Shown here: piece by piece, positions 1 to 9,408 of the stretch
How positions within the stretch are numbered: the first letter of the stretch is position 1
Layout of the letters: every line of letters starts with the position of its first letter
Virus record (IMG/VR): IMGVR_UViG_3300010885_020237
Location: 29,678-93,677 of that record
Source: a virus
Strand: one strand, 5' to 3'
DNA length: 64,000 nt
Translations under genes and position numbers: made by a program
The notes under the pieces: model-generated
Seen by the model: only the letters and a program-made list of their open reading frames with translations
The model's database searches: none
What the model was told of the DNA's origin: nothing

Positions 1-1438
1 GATTTGGAGAAGTCATTATTTCTTGAGCAATCTCGTACCAATTTTCAATACCAGAATTAGAAAGAATTTTCTTAAATGGAGCTTCGGCAGCTTTAATAAT
101 AATGTTGTATGCGATATCTTCAGCGCCAACTCTGTTATTACTCTTTAATTTTTGAGCTGCTCTATATAAAGCTATTCCACCTCCTGGTACAATACCATCA
201 GCTAATGCTGCTTTTGTTGCATATAAAGCATCTTCAACTCGGTCTTTCTTTTCTTTGATTTCAATATCAGAATTTCCTCCTACATTAATGATAGCAACTC
301 CGCCGATTAATTTACCAAGTCTTTCTTGTAACTTTTCTTTTTCGTAGAAAGAAGTGGCTTTTTCAATCTGTTCTTTGATTTCTTCAGCTCTTTTTTCAAT
401 TGCTTCTTGATCCCCTTTACCATCTACAATTGTAGTCTCTTCTTTAGATACTGTAGCCATTCTAGCGGTACCTAAAAACTGAGCCAATTGCGTAGGAACT
501 AATTTATCTAATTTGTGTCCTTTGTCTTTTGAAATTACTTGACCTCCAGTAAGAATTGCAATATCTTCTAAGATTAAGGTTTTTCTTTCTCCGAAGTCTG
601 GTGCTTTAACAGCTACAACTTGAACGATACCTCTCATCTTATTAACAATAAGAGTAGCTAATGCTTCATCTCCAAAATCTTCAGCGATGATTAGTAAAGG
701 CTTGCTTTCTGAATTGGCTTTAGTTAAAACTTGCAGTAATTCTTGAGCAGTAGAGATTCTACCGTCGTATAACATTACATAAGGATTCTCTAATCCAGCT
801 TGCATCGTTGTGTTGTTGGTTACAAAATAAGGAGATTTATATCCTCTATCGAATTGCATACCTTCAACAATTTCTAAACTGGTTTCTCCTGTTTTAGATT
901 CTTCAATGGTTACTACACCTTCACGACCAACTTTTTCAATAGCAGTTGCAATTAAGTTACCAATCTCTTCATCGTTATTTCCAGAGATGGTTGCTACTTG
1001 CTTGATTTGAGCTTGAGAAGATACATCTTCTGATTTGCTTTTAACCTCTTTAATAATCTCTTCTACTGCTTCATCGATAGCAATTTTAATTTCTACAGCG
1101 TTAGTACCTTGACGAATGTTTTTTAAACCTTCTTCAACGATAGCAGTTGCTAATAGAGTAGAAGTGGTAGTTCCATCACCTGCTTCATTAGCAGATTTGA
1201 TACTTACTTCTTTTACAAGTTGTGCACCTAAATCTTCGATATCGTCTTCCAATTTATGAAATGCTTTTGCAACTGTAACTCCATCTTTAGTAACTTTTAC
1301 TTCTCCGCTTTGTTCTTTGATTAGAACTGTTCTACCACCTGGTCCTAATGTAGAGGATACAGATTGATTTAATTTTTGAATTCCTAATAATAACTTTTCT
1401 TTTAAGTCAGTACCGAATGCGTTTTGCGTTGTACTCAT
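1..1438 (-). CDS. groEL: Chaperonin GroEL (3' end runs off the window)
   Basis: Not in the ORF track because it has no stop in the window. Manual translation from ATG 1438 gives MSTTQNAFG...TLGPGGRTV...[10 protein letters not shown]...[10 protein letters not shown]...[14 protein letters not shown]...KAPDFGERK...GIVPGGG, which are canonical GroEL motifs. Confidence 0.97.
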   Translation of the reverse strand, partial: MSTTQNAFGTDLKEKLLLGIQKLNQSVSSTLGPGGRTVLIKEQSGEVKVTKDGVTVAKAFHKLEDDIEDLGAQLVKEVSIKSANEAGDGTTTSTLLATAIVEEGLKNIRQGTNAVEIKIAIDEAVEEIIKEVKSKSEDVSSQAQIKQVATISGNNDEEIGNLIATAIEKVGREGVVTIEESKTGETSLEIVEGMQFDRGYKSPYFVTNNTTMQAGLENPYVMLYDGRISTAQELLQVLTKANSESKPLLIIAEDFGDEALATLIVNKMRGIVQVVAVKAPDFGERKTLILEDIAILTGGQVISKDKGHKLDKLVPTQLAQFLGTARMATVSKEETTIVDGKGDQEAIEKRAEEIKEQIEKATSFYEKEKLQERLGKLIGGVAIINVGGNSDIEIKEKKDRVEDALYATKAALADGIVPGGGIALYRAAQKLKSNNRVGAEDIAYNIIIKAAEAPFKKILSNSGIENWYEIAQEIMTSPN

Positions 1439-1452
1439 AGTCTTTATTTAGT

Positions 1453-1746
1453 TTAGTTTACCACAGCTAATACGTCTGTGTCTTTTGTTAAGAAATAGTC
1501 TTCTCCTTCTATTGTGATTTTCATTGAACCCATTTTAGGGATCAAAACTTTTTGTCCAACTTGTAAGCTAGATTCTACTTGTGTGTCTGTGTGCCAGTTA
1601 TAGGTTTTACTTACTGCTACTACTTCACCCATTTCAGGACGTTCTTTGCCCAAGTCAGGTAATACGATATTTCCATAGGTTTGTTCTTGTTCTTCGATTG
1701 GTTTCAAAACTAGAAAACCATTCATCGGTTGTAATTTTTGACTCAT
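1453..1746 (-). CDS. groES: Co-chaperonin GroES
   Basis: LQPMNGFLVLKP...GNIVLPD...GEVVAV...VGQKVL...DVLAVV; 97 aa; immediately upstream of groEL. Confidence 0.95.
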   Translation of the reverse strand: MSQKLQPMNGFLVLKPIEEQEQTYGNIVLPDLGKERPEMGEVVAVSKTYNWHTDTQVESSLQVGQKVLIPKMGSMKITIEGEDYFLTKDTDVLAVVN

Positions 1747-1755
1747 TTTTATTTT

Positions 1756-1962
1756 TTATGATTGTGGTAATAATTCTGTCTCTATTTCTAGTTCATGTAT
1801 CTTTTCACAGAAATACATTAAGTTTTCTCGTTTGAATACATAATCGCTATAAAGTAATTCTTTAGCTAAATCAACATTCTTAATTGATTCCTCTTTAAAC
1901 ACTCGTTTAATTAGAAACAGATCTTCGTTTACTTTAATAAAGTTTTTACAGATTGAAAACAT
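1756..1962 (-). CDS. Hypothetical protein
   Basis: 68-aa ORF with the AGTTATG start context shared by many genes here; fills the gap between hsp20 and groES. Confidence 0.65.
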   Translation of the reverse strand: MFSICKNFIKVNEDLFLIKRVFKEESIKNVDLAKELLYSDYVFKRENLMYFCEKIHELEIETELLPQS

Positions 1963-1987
1963 AACTTAGATACTTGGTAGGACTTAC

Positions 1988-2416
1988 TTAGTCTTTTAAT
2001 AATTGTTTCGGTGTCTTGATTTGGATTTGTTTTACTGCCTGTCCTTCAGCTGTAGGAATAGTTAATATTAATAATCCTTTGTCTAACGAAGCTTCTAACT
2101 TATTTAGATCAAATTTAGGGGCAATTTTCCATGTAAGGTTAAAAGAAGATCTTTTAATTCCTCTATAAATTGAGGTGTCTTGATTTTCGTACTCAGGTTT
2201 TTCATACGTAATACGTAGTTCGTCTCCTTCAACTAGGATACTGATATCAGACTTATTAATACCTACTGCGGCTACTTCAAATCGAATGCCGTCTTTTGTT
2301 TCGTAAATGTCTACTGGGTGTGTTACTTTCTGCGTTATTGCAGAGAAATGTGATTGTGCGTCAAATAGATCCTTCCATAATAGGTCAAACGTTGGATCAA
2401 ATGTTCTAAATGTCAT
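1988..2416 (-). CDS. Small heat-shock protein (Hsp20/alpha-crystallin family)
   Basis: PVDIYE...GINKSDISI...RGIKRSSF...ASLDKGLLILTIP alpha-crystallin pattern. Confidence 0.93.
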   Translation of the reverse strand: MTFRTFDPTFDLLWKDLFDAQSHFSAITQKVTHPVDIYETKDGIRFEVAAVGINKSDISILVEGDELRITYEKPEYENQDTSIYRGIKRSSFNLTWKIAPKFDLNKLEASLDKGLLILTIPTAEGQAVKQIQIKTPKQLLKD

Positions 2417-2420
2417 AATT

Positions 2421-2468
2421 TTAGTTTTTGTGTTCCCTCTTGGGTGAACGATTTAATAATTGGTTCAT
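2421..2468 (-). CDS. Putative 15-aa leader peptide (uORF) of hsp20, MNQLLNRSPKREHKN
   Basis: The ATG has the same TAGTTATG context as real genes, and the stop lies 4 nt before the hsp20 ATG. Confidence 0.35.
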   Translation of the reverse strand: MNQLLNRSPKREHKN

Positions 2469-2540
2469 AACTAAAGGCCTACCAAGTACCTTATTTTCTA
2501 TAAATATACAAACTTTATGTTTGATAAAGAAATTTAAATT

Positions 2541-3206
2541 TTAGGTGTAGTTCCATTTATATCCTCCTGATATTCTATTGTTTTTGATAGCCACGTGAAT
2601 ATTAGAATTGTTTACACCGATAAAATCTGCAGCTTTTTTTAGCGATTGAAATGTACTAATTATCTCCATCGTATCTTTATTAAGCATATTCACACTTTTT
2701 ATATTATGAGCAAGTTTTCCGACTTTAGATTCTCTTAATCTTCTTATACCGTCTTCTGTCATATTATGAGGTTTTCTTAGTTTCTGTTTTTGTTCCTCTG
2801 TTCTTTTTTGACCTTTAACAGCTAAGCCTACTTTTGCAGCATGTTCTTTACTTTTTTTCTTTCCTTTTAACGCTTTAGATATTGCTTTAGAGTGAGCTAG
2901 TCTGGCTTCTTCATAACATCTTGAAGATATTATAATCCAATGTTCTTTAGGCGTTGATCCTCTACCATTACACATTCTCCAAAAAGAAAAAGCTCTAGAT
3001 TGAATATTTTCATCTAATCTATATAAAAGCCAATGCGCAATAAAATGCTCTCTTGCTGTTAATCTAACTATATTTTCTTCAATATCTAACCCATTTTCTG
3101 ATTTAGGCTTTATATGATGCCTTTCGAAGTAAGGTAAAGTTTTATATTCTCTATTTTTAGCTTTATCAATTAGGTTATCGTAATGTTTTCTGTAATCCAC
3201 TTTCAT
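2541..3206 (-). CDS. HNH homing endonuclease with NUMOD3/NUMOD1-like DNA-binding repeats
   Basis: ERHHIKPKS...ENIVRLTAREHFIAHWLL; KGKKKSKEH and RTEEQKQKL repeats; C-terminal FQSLKKAADF...GYKW. Confidence 0.88.
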   Translation of the reverse strand: MKVDYRKHYDNLIDKAKNREYKTLPYFERHHIKPKSENGLDIEENIVRLTAREHFIAHWLLYRLDENIQSRAFSFWRMCNGRGSTPKEHWIIISSRCYEEARLAHSKAISKALKGKKKSKEHAAKVGLAVKGQKRTEEQKQKLRKPHNMTEDGIRRLRESKVGKLAHNIKSVNMLNKDTMEIISTFQSLKKAADFIGVNNSNIHVAIKNNRISGGYKWNYT

Positions 3207-3241
3207 AATAAATATGTAGATTGGATGTTTTTAGCATTACT

Positions 3242-5554
3242 CTAATGTCCTTCAAGCCAGTTTTTGGCTAAAGATGGTACAGCAATTAATGGGACGTCCA
3301 ATTTGGTTGTATTCTCCATTTTATCCTGTATAATAGCTGCGGCTTCTGCTGCTCTTTCATATTCTACTTCTATGATTAACTGATCGTGGATTTGCGCGCA
3401 GACCCAACCTTTAATGCCTTTTGCGATAAACTCTCTATTTATATGTATAGCTGCTCTATTTACTATAGATGCAGCTAAACCTTGTATTTGTACATTACAG
3501 CTATTATTTAGTCCATTTTTATAGTCTCTATATAATTTAGTTATTTGATCTTCTCCAAATTCATAAGATAGTTGTTTTTTTATATTCCAATCTAATAAAG
3601 AATCCCCTAATTCAGCATATATTTCTTTTACTTTAGGCAAGTGTCTTATTCTACCTACTTGAGTTTTTATATAACCAAATTCTTTTACATATTTAACTGA
3701 ATTCTCCATCCATTTTTTTAATTTTGGAAATCCATTTAAATAACCGTCTACTAATTTTTTAGCATCTTTAGTAGGAATATCTAAATTTTTACCTAAAGCA
3801 TACGGTGACATTCCATAAGGAATACCTAGAGCATAGGCTTTTGCTTTATTTCTAATTTTTGGTTTGTGTTTTCTTAAAAAATTATCAGCTTTTTTATCTG
3901 GAGAATAGTCGTATAATTTTTCTGTTTGAATAGCTATTGTACAATAGAAATCCCATCCATTTTTAAAGATATCGATTAATCCTATATCACCTGAGACATG
4001 TGCAAATACACTCGGCTCTAGAGAAGAGTAATCATCATCGACAAATATATTGTGTTCATCAGGAATAAAAAATGCTCTAACTCTATTATTATACTCTAAT
4101 ACAATTGGATCATCATCGCCTTCTTCTTTTGGTCTAGGTAACTGTTGAGCATCAGATCCGTAGCGGCCAGAAACTGTACCATGTTGTTTGTAACTAAAAT
4201 AGTAACGGCCATCTTCTTGAGCGTCTAAGAATCTTTCCACATAAGTAGATTTAATCTTTAATAATTTATTATAGATTCTTAAGTTTCTTGCCCATTCTTC
4301 TGTATCTCCAATTAATTGGATCATGTCATCATCAAATTGTGGCTTTCCACCTTTTGTAGTAGATAATGCTTTTATGCCCAAAGCTTTGAATGCAATTTCA
4401 CCTAATTGATCTTTAGACTGTATGTTAAACCAATTACCGTCATTAGATTCTTTCCATAGTTTTAATTGTATTTTTACAATTTGATCCTTATCAAGCATTT
4501 GAGCATCACCGTGAAGTAAGAACTGTTTTACTGCGCTATCTGGGATTCTTAAAATATTTGCATTAGCTATATTGTACTTACCACTTTTCTCTGACTTTGG
4601 AAAGTCTATACCGCTTTGATTGATTAATTCTATGGCAAATGTTCCTCTATTGTTTGCGGGGAATTCCTGCGCCGCTTTTAACATGATCCAGTTCTTTACT
4701 TCAGCGTAACTAAGTAACTGATCCATAACCTTAGTTCTGTGATCCTCTAGAGCTTGTGTAACTTCTTCTTTTGTTCTACGAATAAGATCCATATCCAATT
4801 TAACACCTATACTTTCCATTGGAATGGTTACCTCTTTGTAAAGTGGCATTACTTCATCTTCAAAAAAGAAGGCTTCTAATCCCTGATCGTAAAGGTCTTT
4901 TATAAAGTGATTGTATACTCTAAGTGTTAAATCTGTATCTGCTGCAGCATATTCGGCTAATATGTTAATATCAGCTTTCCATATCTCGTAATTTTCTCTT
5001 GTAACAGAACCACCATTTTCTTTGATCGATGATTTTAGCGCAAGCTGCTCTTCATTGGCAGCTTTTTCTATATCAAGTCCAAGTTCTGTTTGAATCATTT
5101 TAGCAATACTTTTTAATCCAAATGGAGAATTGGATCCAAATCCAGCTCCTTCTTCATTTACAGTATGAACTAATAACATTGTATCAGCGTGTAAGGAATC
5201 TAACAAATCAATGCCGTAAAAACACTTAATAAATCTGCCATCGAAAGAAAAATTATGAGCGATTAATTTTTTACCATGAAGTAAATTAAGTATTTTTTTA
5301 GCTATATCATGACATGATACGCCGTCTACAGTATTTTCTATAAGAGAATTTGATTCTTTATCATATAATAGTGTAGGCAAATAATATCCATAGCCCTCTA
5401 TTGCTGATATAGACAGACCTATTATTTTTCCTTTTCTAGGATTTAAACTGTTAGTTTCAGTGTCTATTGATATTATGTCATAACTTTTTATATGGTCAAC
5501 TAGATTTTTGATATCTTCTTTTGTTGAAACATGTACATACTTTTTATTTATCAT
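3242..5554 (-). CDS. polA: Family A DNA polymerase with 3'-5' exonuclease domain
   Basis: ExoI DTETNSL, ExoII HNFSFD, ExoIII YAAADT; GTVSGRYGS; motif A DYSSLE, motif B RNKAKAYALGIPYG, motif C QIHDQ. Confidence 0.95.
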   Translation of the reverse strand: MINKKYVHVSTKEDIKNLVDHIKSYDIISIDTETNSLNPRKGKIIGLSISAIEGYGYYLPTLLYDKESNSLIENTVDGVSCHDIAKKILNLLHGKKLIAHNFSFDGRFIKCFYGIDLLDSLHADTMLLVHTVNEEGAGFGSNSPFGLKSIAKMIQTELGLDIEKAANEEQLALKSSIKENGGSVTRENYEIWKADINILAEYAAADTDLTLRVYNHFIKDLYDQGLEAFFFEDEVMPLYKEVTIPMESIGVKLDMDLIRRTKEEVTQALEDHRTKVMDQLLSYAEVKNWIMLKAAQEFPANNRGTFAIELINQSGIDFPKSEKSGKYNIANANILRIPDSAVKQFLLHGDAQMLDKDQIVKIQLKLWKESNDGNWFNIQSKDQLGEIAFKALGIKALSTTKGGKPQFDDDMIQLIGDTEEWARNLRIYNKLLKIKSTYVERFLDAQEDGRYYFSYKQHGTVSGRYGSDAQQLPRPKEEGDDDPIVLEYNNRVRAFFIPDEHNIFVDDDYSSLEPSVFAHVSGDIGLIDIFKNGWDFYCTIAIQTEKLYDYSPDKKADNFLRKHKPKIRNKAKAYALGIPYGMSPYALGKNLDIPTKDAKKLVDGYLNGFPKLKKWMENSVKYVKEFGYIKTQVGRIRHLPKVKEIYAELGDSLLDWNIKKQLSYEFGEDQITKLYRDYKNGLNNSCNVQIQGLAASIVNRAAIHINREFIAKGIKGWVCAQIHDQLIIEVEYERAAEAAAIIQDKMENTTKLDVPLIAVPSLAKNWLEGH

Positions 5555-6188
5555 AAATGAATTTTACCTTTATTTTATTTTTATTCCACGTAGAAATTGT
5601 AGCTGACGATCTATTAAAAAATTCAGCTGCATCTTGTATAGTTAAGAAAACAGTGCCAGATTCTATACACAGTACTTTTTGCGCTCTACCATTAGAGGAT
5701 CCTGATATCTTTTTGGATTGAGTGATCTTTCTTTCATTAGTCCATAAATCCTGAAATTTTTTCTTATAATCAGCTGTTGCATATTTTATTTTTAATTTAT
5801 CGCCTAATTCACGAGCGATTTTTTTATCTTTCATAGGATTATGAAATCTCATAAATTGTGATTGTTCTGGTCTTTTTTTACCAAACATTATACATTTGTC
5901 TCCCGATCCAGATCCACTTGCTGATGCACATTGCATTGAGTAATATGGCTTTTTAAAAAGTTTATCCAATAAAAGCTGCTCTTGTAAATACGCCTCTTCT
6001 CTAGTTGCATATTCATTTAATATTTCGTATTCAAACATATTATATTTTAAATACGCTCTTTGCATTATAGAATTTCCATGTGTACCTTTAGTTAATTCTC
6101 GAAAATGATCTTTCATTCTCCTTTTTAAATTATTAGTAGATCCAATTTGTTTCCATGGACCTATTTTAATTTGATATACTACATTCAT
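5544..6188 (-). CDS. GIY-YIG-family homing endonuclease (divergent)
   Basis: VVYQI...QIGSTNNLKRRMKDH...HGNSIMQRAY...EQ, plus a C-terminal NUMOD1-like HTH. Start placed at ATG 6188 rather than the track's TTG 6206. Confidence 0.75.
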   Translation of the reverse strand: MNVVYQIKIGPWKQIGSTNNLKRRMKDHFRELTKGTHGNSIMQRAYLKYNMFEYEILNEYATREEAYLQEQLLLDKLFKKPYYSMQCASASGSGSGDKCIMFGKKRPEQSQFMRFHNPMKDKKIARELGDKLKIKYATADYKKKFQDLWTNERKITQSKKISGSSNGRAQKVLCIESGTVFLTIQDAAEFFNRSSATISTWNKNKIKVKFIYDK

Positions 6189-6290
6189 AAAATAAAAATG
6201 GTTCAAAAAAACAAAGGAGCTCTAACCTTCCTAAGTTTAAATGAACCAATAAGTTTATAACAGATAACTAGTTAGAGTAGTTTCTATCCA
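6189..6290 (-). ncRNA. Structured leader RNA, copy 1 (two hairpins with complementary 7-nt loop sequences)
   Basis: Hairpin A GGAU-AGA-AACUA[CUCUAAC]UAGUU-AUCU; hairpin B UGGUUCA..AAAC..AGGA[AG-GUUAGAG-C]UCCU..GUUU..UGAACCA. The architecture is shared with 13809-13912. Confidence 0.75.
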
Positions 6291-6307
6291 TTATAAATAT
6301 GCAATCT

Positions 6308-6496
6308 CTATTCTTTTTTACTGTATGGAAATAATTCGTTTAATTTATCCTGTCTTCTTTTACAACCGCAATCTTCTTCTCCTAGCGCTTTAGCTATTTT
6401 ATCTGCTAATACATCTATTTTTAGCGCATGAGTTATTTTTGCGATAGTATCACCTAGACCTTTAGGTTCTAAATTATCTTCATCATTTTTTTTCAT
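6308..6496 (-). CDS. Small hypothetical phage protein (GLGDT...DCGCxxRQ type)
   Basis: KGLGDTIAKITH...DCGCKRRQDKLNELFPY; likely start MKKNDED at 6496. Confidence 0.75.
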   Translation of the reverse strand: MKKNDEDNLEPKGLGDTIAKITHALKIDVLADKIAKALGEEDCGCKRRQDKLNELFPYSKKE

Positions 6497-6689
6497 CTTC
6501 AATTTGCTTTTTGGCAATAACTTCACCAAATTTAGTACTAATTGCAATGGTTATAATACCCATTTGTTGCCACATTGATTCTAAATCTTTTTTAAGTTTA
6601 TTAATTAACCTAAATTGATATACTTGCATCACCATTAATAAGGTAATAATAAGCAAGTAAAAATTCTCGAGTGTAATATTAATTGTCAT
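6483..6689 (-). CDS. Small membrane protein, hypothetical
   Basis: Hydrophobic N-terminal segment FYLLIITLLMVM; ATG at 6689 just downstream of a TATATTTG box. Confidence 0.65.
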   Translation of the reverse strand: MTINITLENFYLLIITLLMVMQVYQFRLINKLKKDLESMWQQMGIITIAISTKFGEVIAKKQIEDEKK

Positions 6690-6692
6690 AAC

Positions 6693-6700
6693 CAAATATA
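6693..6700 (-). promoter_or_regulatory. Bacteroidota-type -7 promoter box (TAnnTTTG)
   Basis: TATATTTG on the coding strand in an intergenic gap; no clear -33 TTTG. Confidence 0.4.
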
Positions 6701-6739
6701 AACTTTAATTTTGTAATTTTATTATTTTAATTTTATGTA

Positions 6740-8380
6740 TTATTCACATGATACACAATAGTTGAATTTTTTTGCAAATTCTGAGGCTCCCGAAATGTTA
6801 TGTTGATAATAAAGCGATTTTATTCCCATTTCATGTGCTTGCAACATTAGTGTATTTACTTCTTTTGCGGTGGTATCAGAGGTAATAAATAAATTAAGGG
6901 ATTGACCTTGATCGATATATTTTTGTCTTTGCGCTGCTTGAGTAATAATTTCAGATTGAGATATTTCTCTTGCTGTTTTAAATACTAATTTTTCATCTGC
7001 GGTCAAACAATCTAAATGTAGTACACTGCCTTGTTGTTTTTGAATACTTTCCCAGATTTCGTCTGTATTAAAGCCTTTCTCTTCAAGTAATTTCTCTAAG
7101 AATGTGTTCTTAATAACAAACTTACCTTTAGATAAATCTTTGATCATATAATTACTCATCCAAGGTTCTATACTTTGGGAAACTTGCATGATAAATGCCG
7201 AAGATGTGGTAGGTGCAATGGCTTGAGTGGTGGTATTTCTTCTACCAGTTCCTAGAGTCATTTCACATTCTCCAAACATGTCCGCTAATTCTTGCGATGC
7301 TTTTATAGAATTTTCTTGTATATTTTTTTGAATAGCGATGTTTAAATTTCTTGCTTCTAAGCTTTCGAAAGGAATCATTTTACTCTGTAATAAAGAGTGA
7401 TATCCTAATCTACCTATTCCCAATGCTCTGTGCTTTTTAGAAAAACTAACCGCTCTAGCTAAAAACTTTACTTTCGATGCTTTTTCAATAAATTCAGTCA
7501 TCGCAGCATCCAATAAAAAAGTTAATACTTCTACGCAATCAGTATCTTTCCATTCTTGGTAGTAAAAATCATTCATAGATCCTAAATCACAAACAAATGA
7601 ATTCTCATTATCAGAAGGCAACATAATTTCTGTGCACATCTGTGAAGCTTTAATTAGATTCTTTCCTTTATAAACTTCTGGAACTGATTCGTGATTGTTT
7701 GCGTTATCTGTAAAAAATATATACGGCAATCCAGTTTCAAACTTCTTTTGAATTACTTTTGCCCATGTTTTTCTTTTTTTAGCATCTCCGCTTTTCATTG
7801 CTTCTAACCAAGCATCTGATACGCAAACTCCCCAAGTAATGTGTTGAATTGGATCTCCTTCTGATCTGATATTTAGCCACTCTTCAAAGTCAGGATGATC
7901 GATATCTTGATAAGCTGAGAAATATCCTCTTCTTACTGATCCTTGATTCATTGATTGAGCACATGACTGAAACAATTCTAAGAAAGCCTTTGATCCATTG
8001 CTGTGTCCATTATCCGTGATTTTTGATCCTCTTGATCTTAGCGCTCCAAAATAACCAGAAGTTCCACCACCATATTTACTCATTGTGCCTATTTCTGCTA
8101 CTGAGCTTAAGATGCTTTCAACGCTATCATCTACATATACTCCGAAACAGCTAATTGGTAAACCTCTATTAGTACCAAAGTTAGTCCACATTGGAGTACT
8201 TAAACTAATCCAACCATTGGCTATGTACTGCTGTAATTTTTCACTATATCCTTTGAGCCTTAATATTTGTTCTGCTGCATCTCCAATTACTTTTATTCTA
8301 TCTTGCACAGTTTGTCCTGGAAGTAGGTAATCTTTCTCTAAAAATTGTTTTGAGTACTTATTGAGCCAAGTGATATTCAT
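6740..8380 (-). CDS. nrdA: Ribonucleotide reductase class Ia alpha subunit (short, no ATP cone evident)
   Basis: LPISCF, GGGTSG, SQMCTEI, RALGIG, AIAPTTSS, IDQGQSLN, SLYY and C-terminal CVSCE. Confidence 0.95.
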   Translation of the reverse strand: MNITWLNKYSKQFLEKDYLLPGQTVQDRIKVIGDAAEQILRLKGYSEKLQQYIANGWISLSTPMWTNFGTNRGLPISCFGVYVDDSVESILSSVAEIGTMSKYGGGTSGYFGALRSRGSKITDNGHSNGSKAFLELFQSCAQSMNQGSVRRGYFSAYQDIDHPDFEEWLNIRSEGDPIQHITWGVCVSDAWLEAMKSGDAKKRKTWAKVIQKKFETGLPYIFFTDNANNHESVPEVYKGKNLIKASQMCTEIMLPSDNENSFVCDLGSMNDFYYQEWKDTDCVEVLTFLLDAAMTEFIEKASKVKFLARAVSFSKKHRALGIGRLGYHSLLQSKMIPFESLEARNLNIAIQKNIQENSIKASQELADMFGECEMTLGTGRRNTTTQAIAPTTSSAFIMQVSQSIEPWMSNYMIKDLSKGKFVIKNTFLEKLLEEKGFNTDEIWESIQKQQGSVLHLDCLTADEKLVFKTAREISQSEIITQAAQRQKYIDQGQSLNLFITSDTTAKEVNTLMLQAHEMGIKSLYYQHNISGASEFAKKFNYCVSCE

Positions 8381-8401
8381 TTACTTTATTATTTTATTTT
8401 T

Positions 8402-9376
8402 TTAAAAAAGGTCTTCTGCGTTTATTGATTGCGCTTTCTTTAAATACGCAGTCGGTGTTTTGTGAAAGAAATCAGTGTGAGTTTCGCTATCTACTTCTAG
8501 ATTAAACCATGCCGATTGCTTTAATAATTCTTTATTTATTTCAAATATTGGTTGAGCTTCAATCATTTTGAGAGATTCATTAAATCTATTCTTTGTAAAT
8601 TCTAATACAATTTCTTTAGATAAAAAAGATAATTCTCCGAGTTCAAATATCCAATTAATGATTTTTTCTTCAGCAGCGTAAGCTTTTTTACATGCTTTTT
8701 CTACAGTTTTATAAAAGTCTTCATTAAACCAATCAGGATTTTCTTTTCTGATTAAGTTAATGATATATGCTCCTGCCATTCCATGAAGTTTTTCCTCTTT
8801 CATAGTGGCTTGAATAACATTATCTATGCCTTTAAAAGTATTTTTTTGTTTATTAAACGATTTAATAATAAAAAATTGGCTGAATAGAGAACAGTTTTCA
8901 ACAAATAAAGAAAATAGCGCTAATGTTGACGTGTATGACTGTTTATTATTAGATTCAGCATTTTTAAGATACTTACTTAAATAGTCTATACGACCCTGCA
9001 TAACTGGATTATCCATCAACTTATCAAAAGCTTCATTAAATCCTAGTAATTCTAATACATGACTGTAAGCTCTACTGTGTCTAACTTCAGATTCTCCAAA
9101 TGTGCTTCCTAAAGCATCAAATTCTGGTTTTGGAAATTGGGAATACAGATTGCTCCAAAATCTTTTTACATTAACTTCTATTTGAGATATAGCTAACATC
9201 GCATTTTTAACTGCATTCTTCTCAAGATCATTTAAATTAACTTTAAAATCCTGTACGTCAGAATCAAAAGAGTATTCAGTATGAATCCAATAGCTATGAT
9301 TTATAGCATCAACAAATTCATATAATTCGGGGTATTCAAAAGGTTTAAAAGAAACTCTCTTATCAAATATGGACAT
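8402..9376 (-). CDS. nrdB: Ribonucleotide reductase class Ia beta subunit
   Basis: FKPFEYP, ESEVRHSRAY, VENCSLFSQF, KEEKLH, DFF; di-metal ligands and radical Tyr present. Confidence 0.95.
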   Translation of the reverse strand: MSIFDKRVSFKPFEYPELYEFVDAINHSYWIHTEYSFDSDVQDFKVNLNDLEKNAVKNAMLAISQIEVNVKRFWSNLYSQFPKPEFDALGSTFGESEVRHSRAYSHVLELLGFNEAFDKLMDNPVMQGRIDYLSKYLKNAESNNKQSYTSTLALFSLFVENCSLFSQFFIIKSFNKQKNTFKGIDNVIQATMKEEKLHGMAGAYIINLIRKENPDWFNEDFYKTVEKACKKAYAAEEKIINWIFELGELSFLSKEIVLEFTKNRFNESLKMIEAQPIFEINKELLKQSAWFNLEVDSETHTDFFHKTPTAYLKKAQSINAEDLF

Positions 9377-9408
9377 ACACTTATTTTTTTAATACGTTAT
9401 ATACAAAA

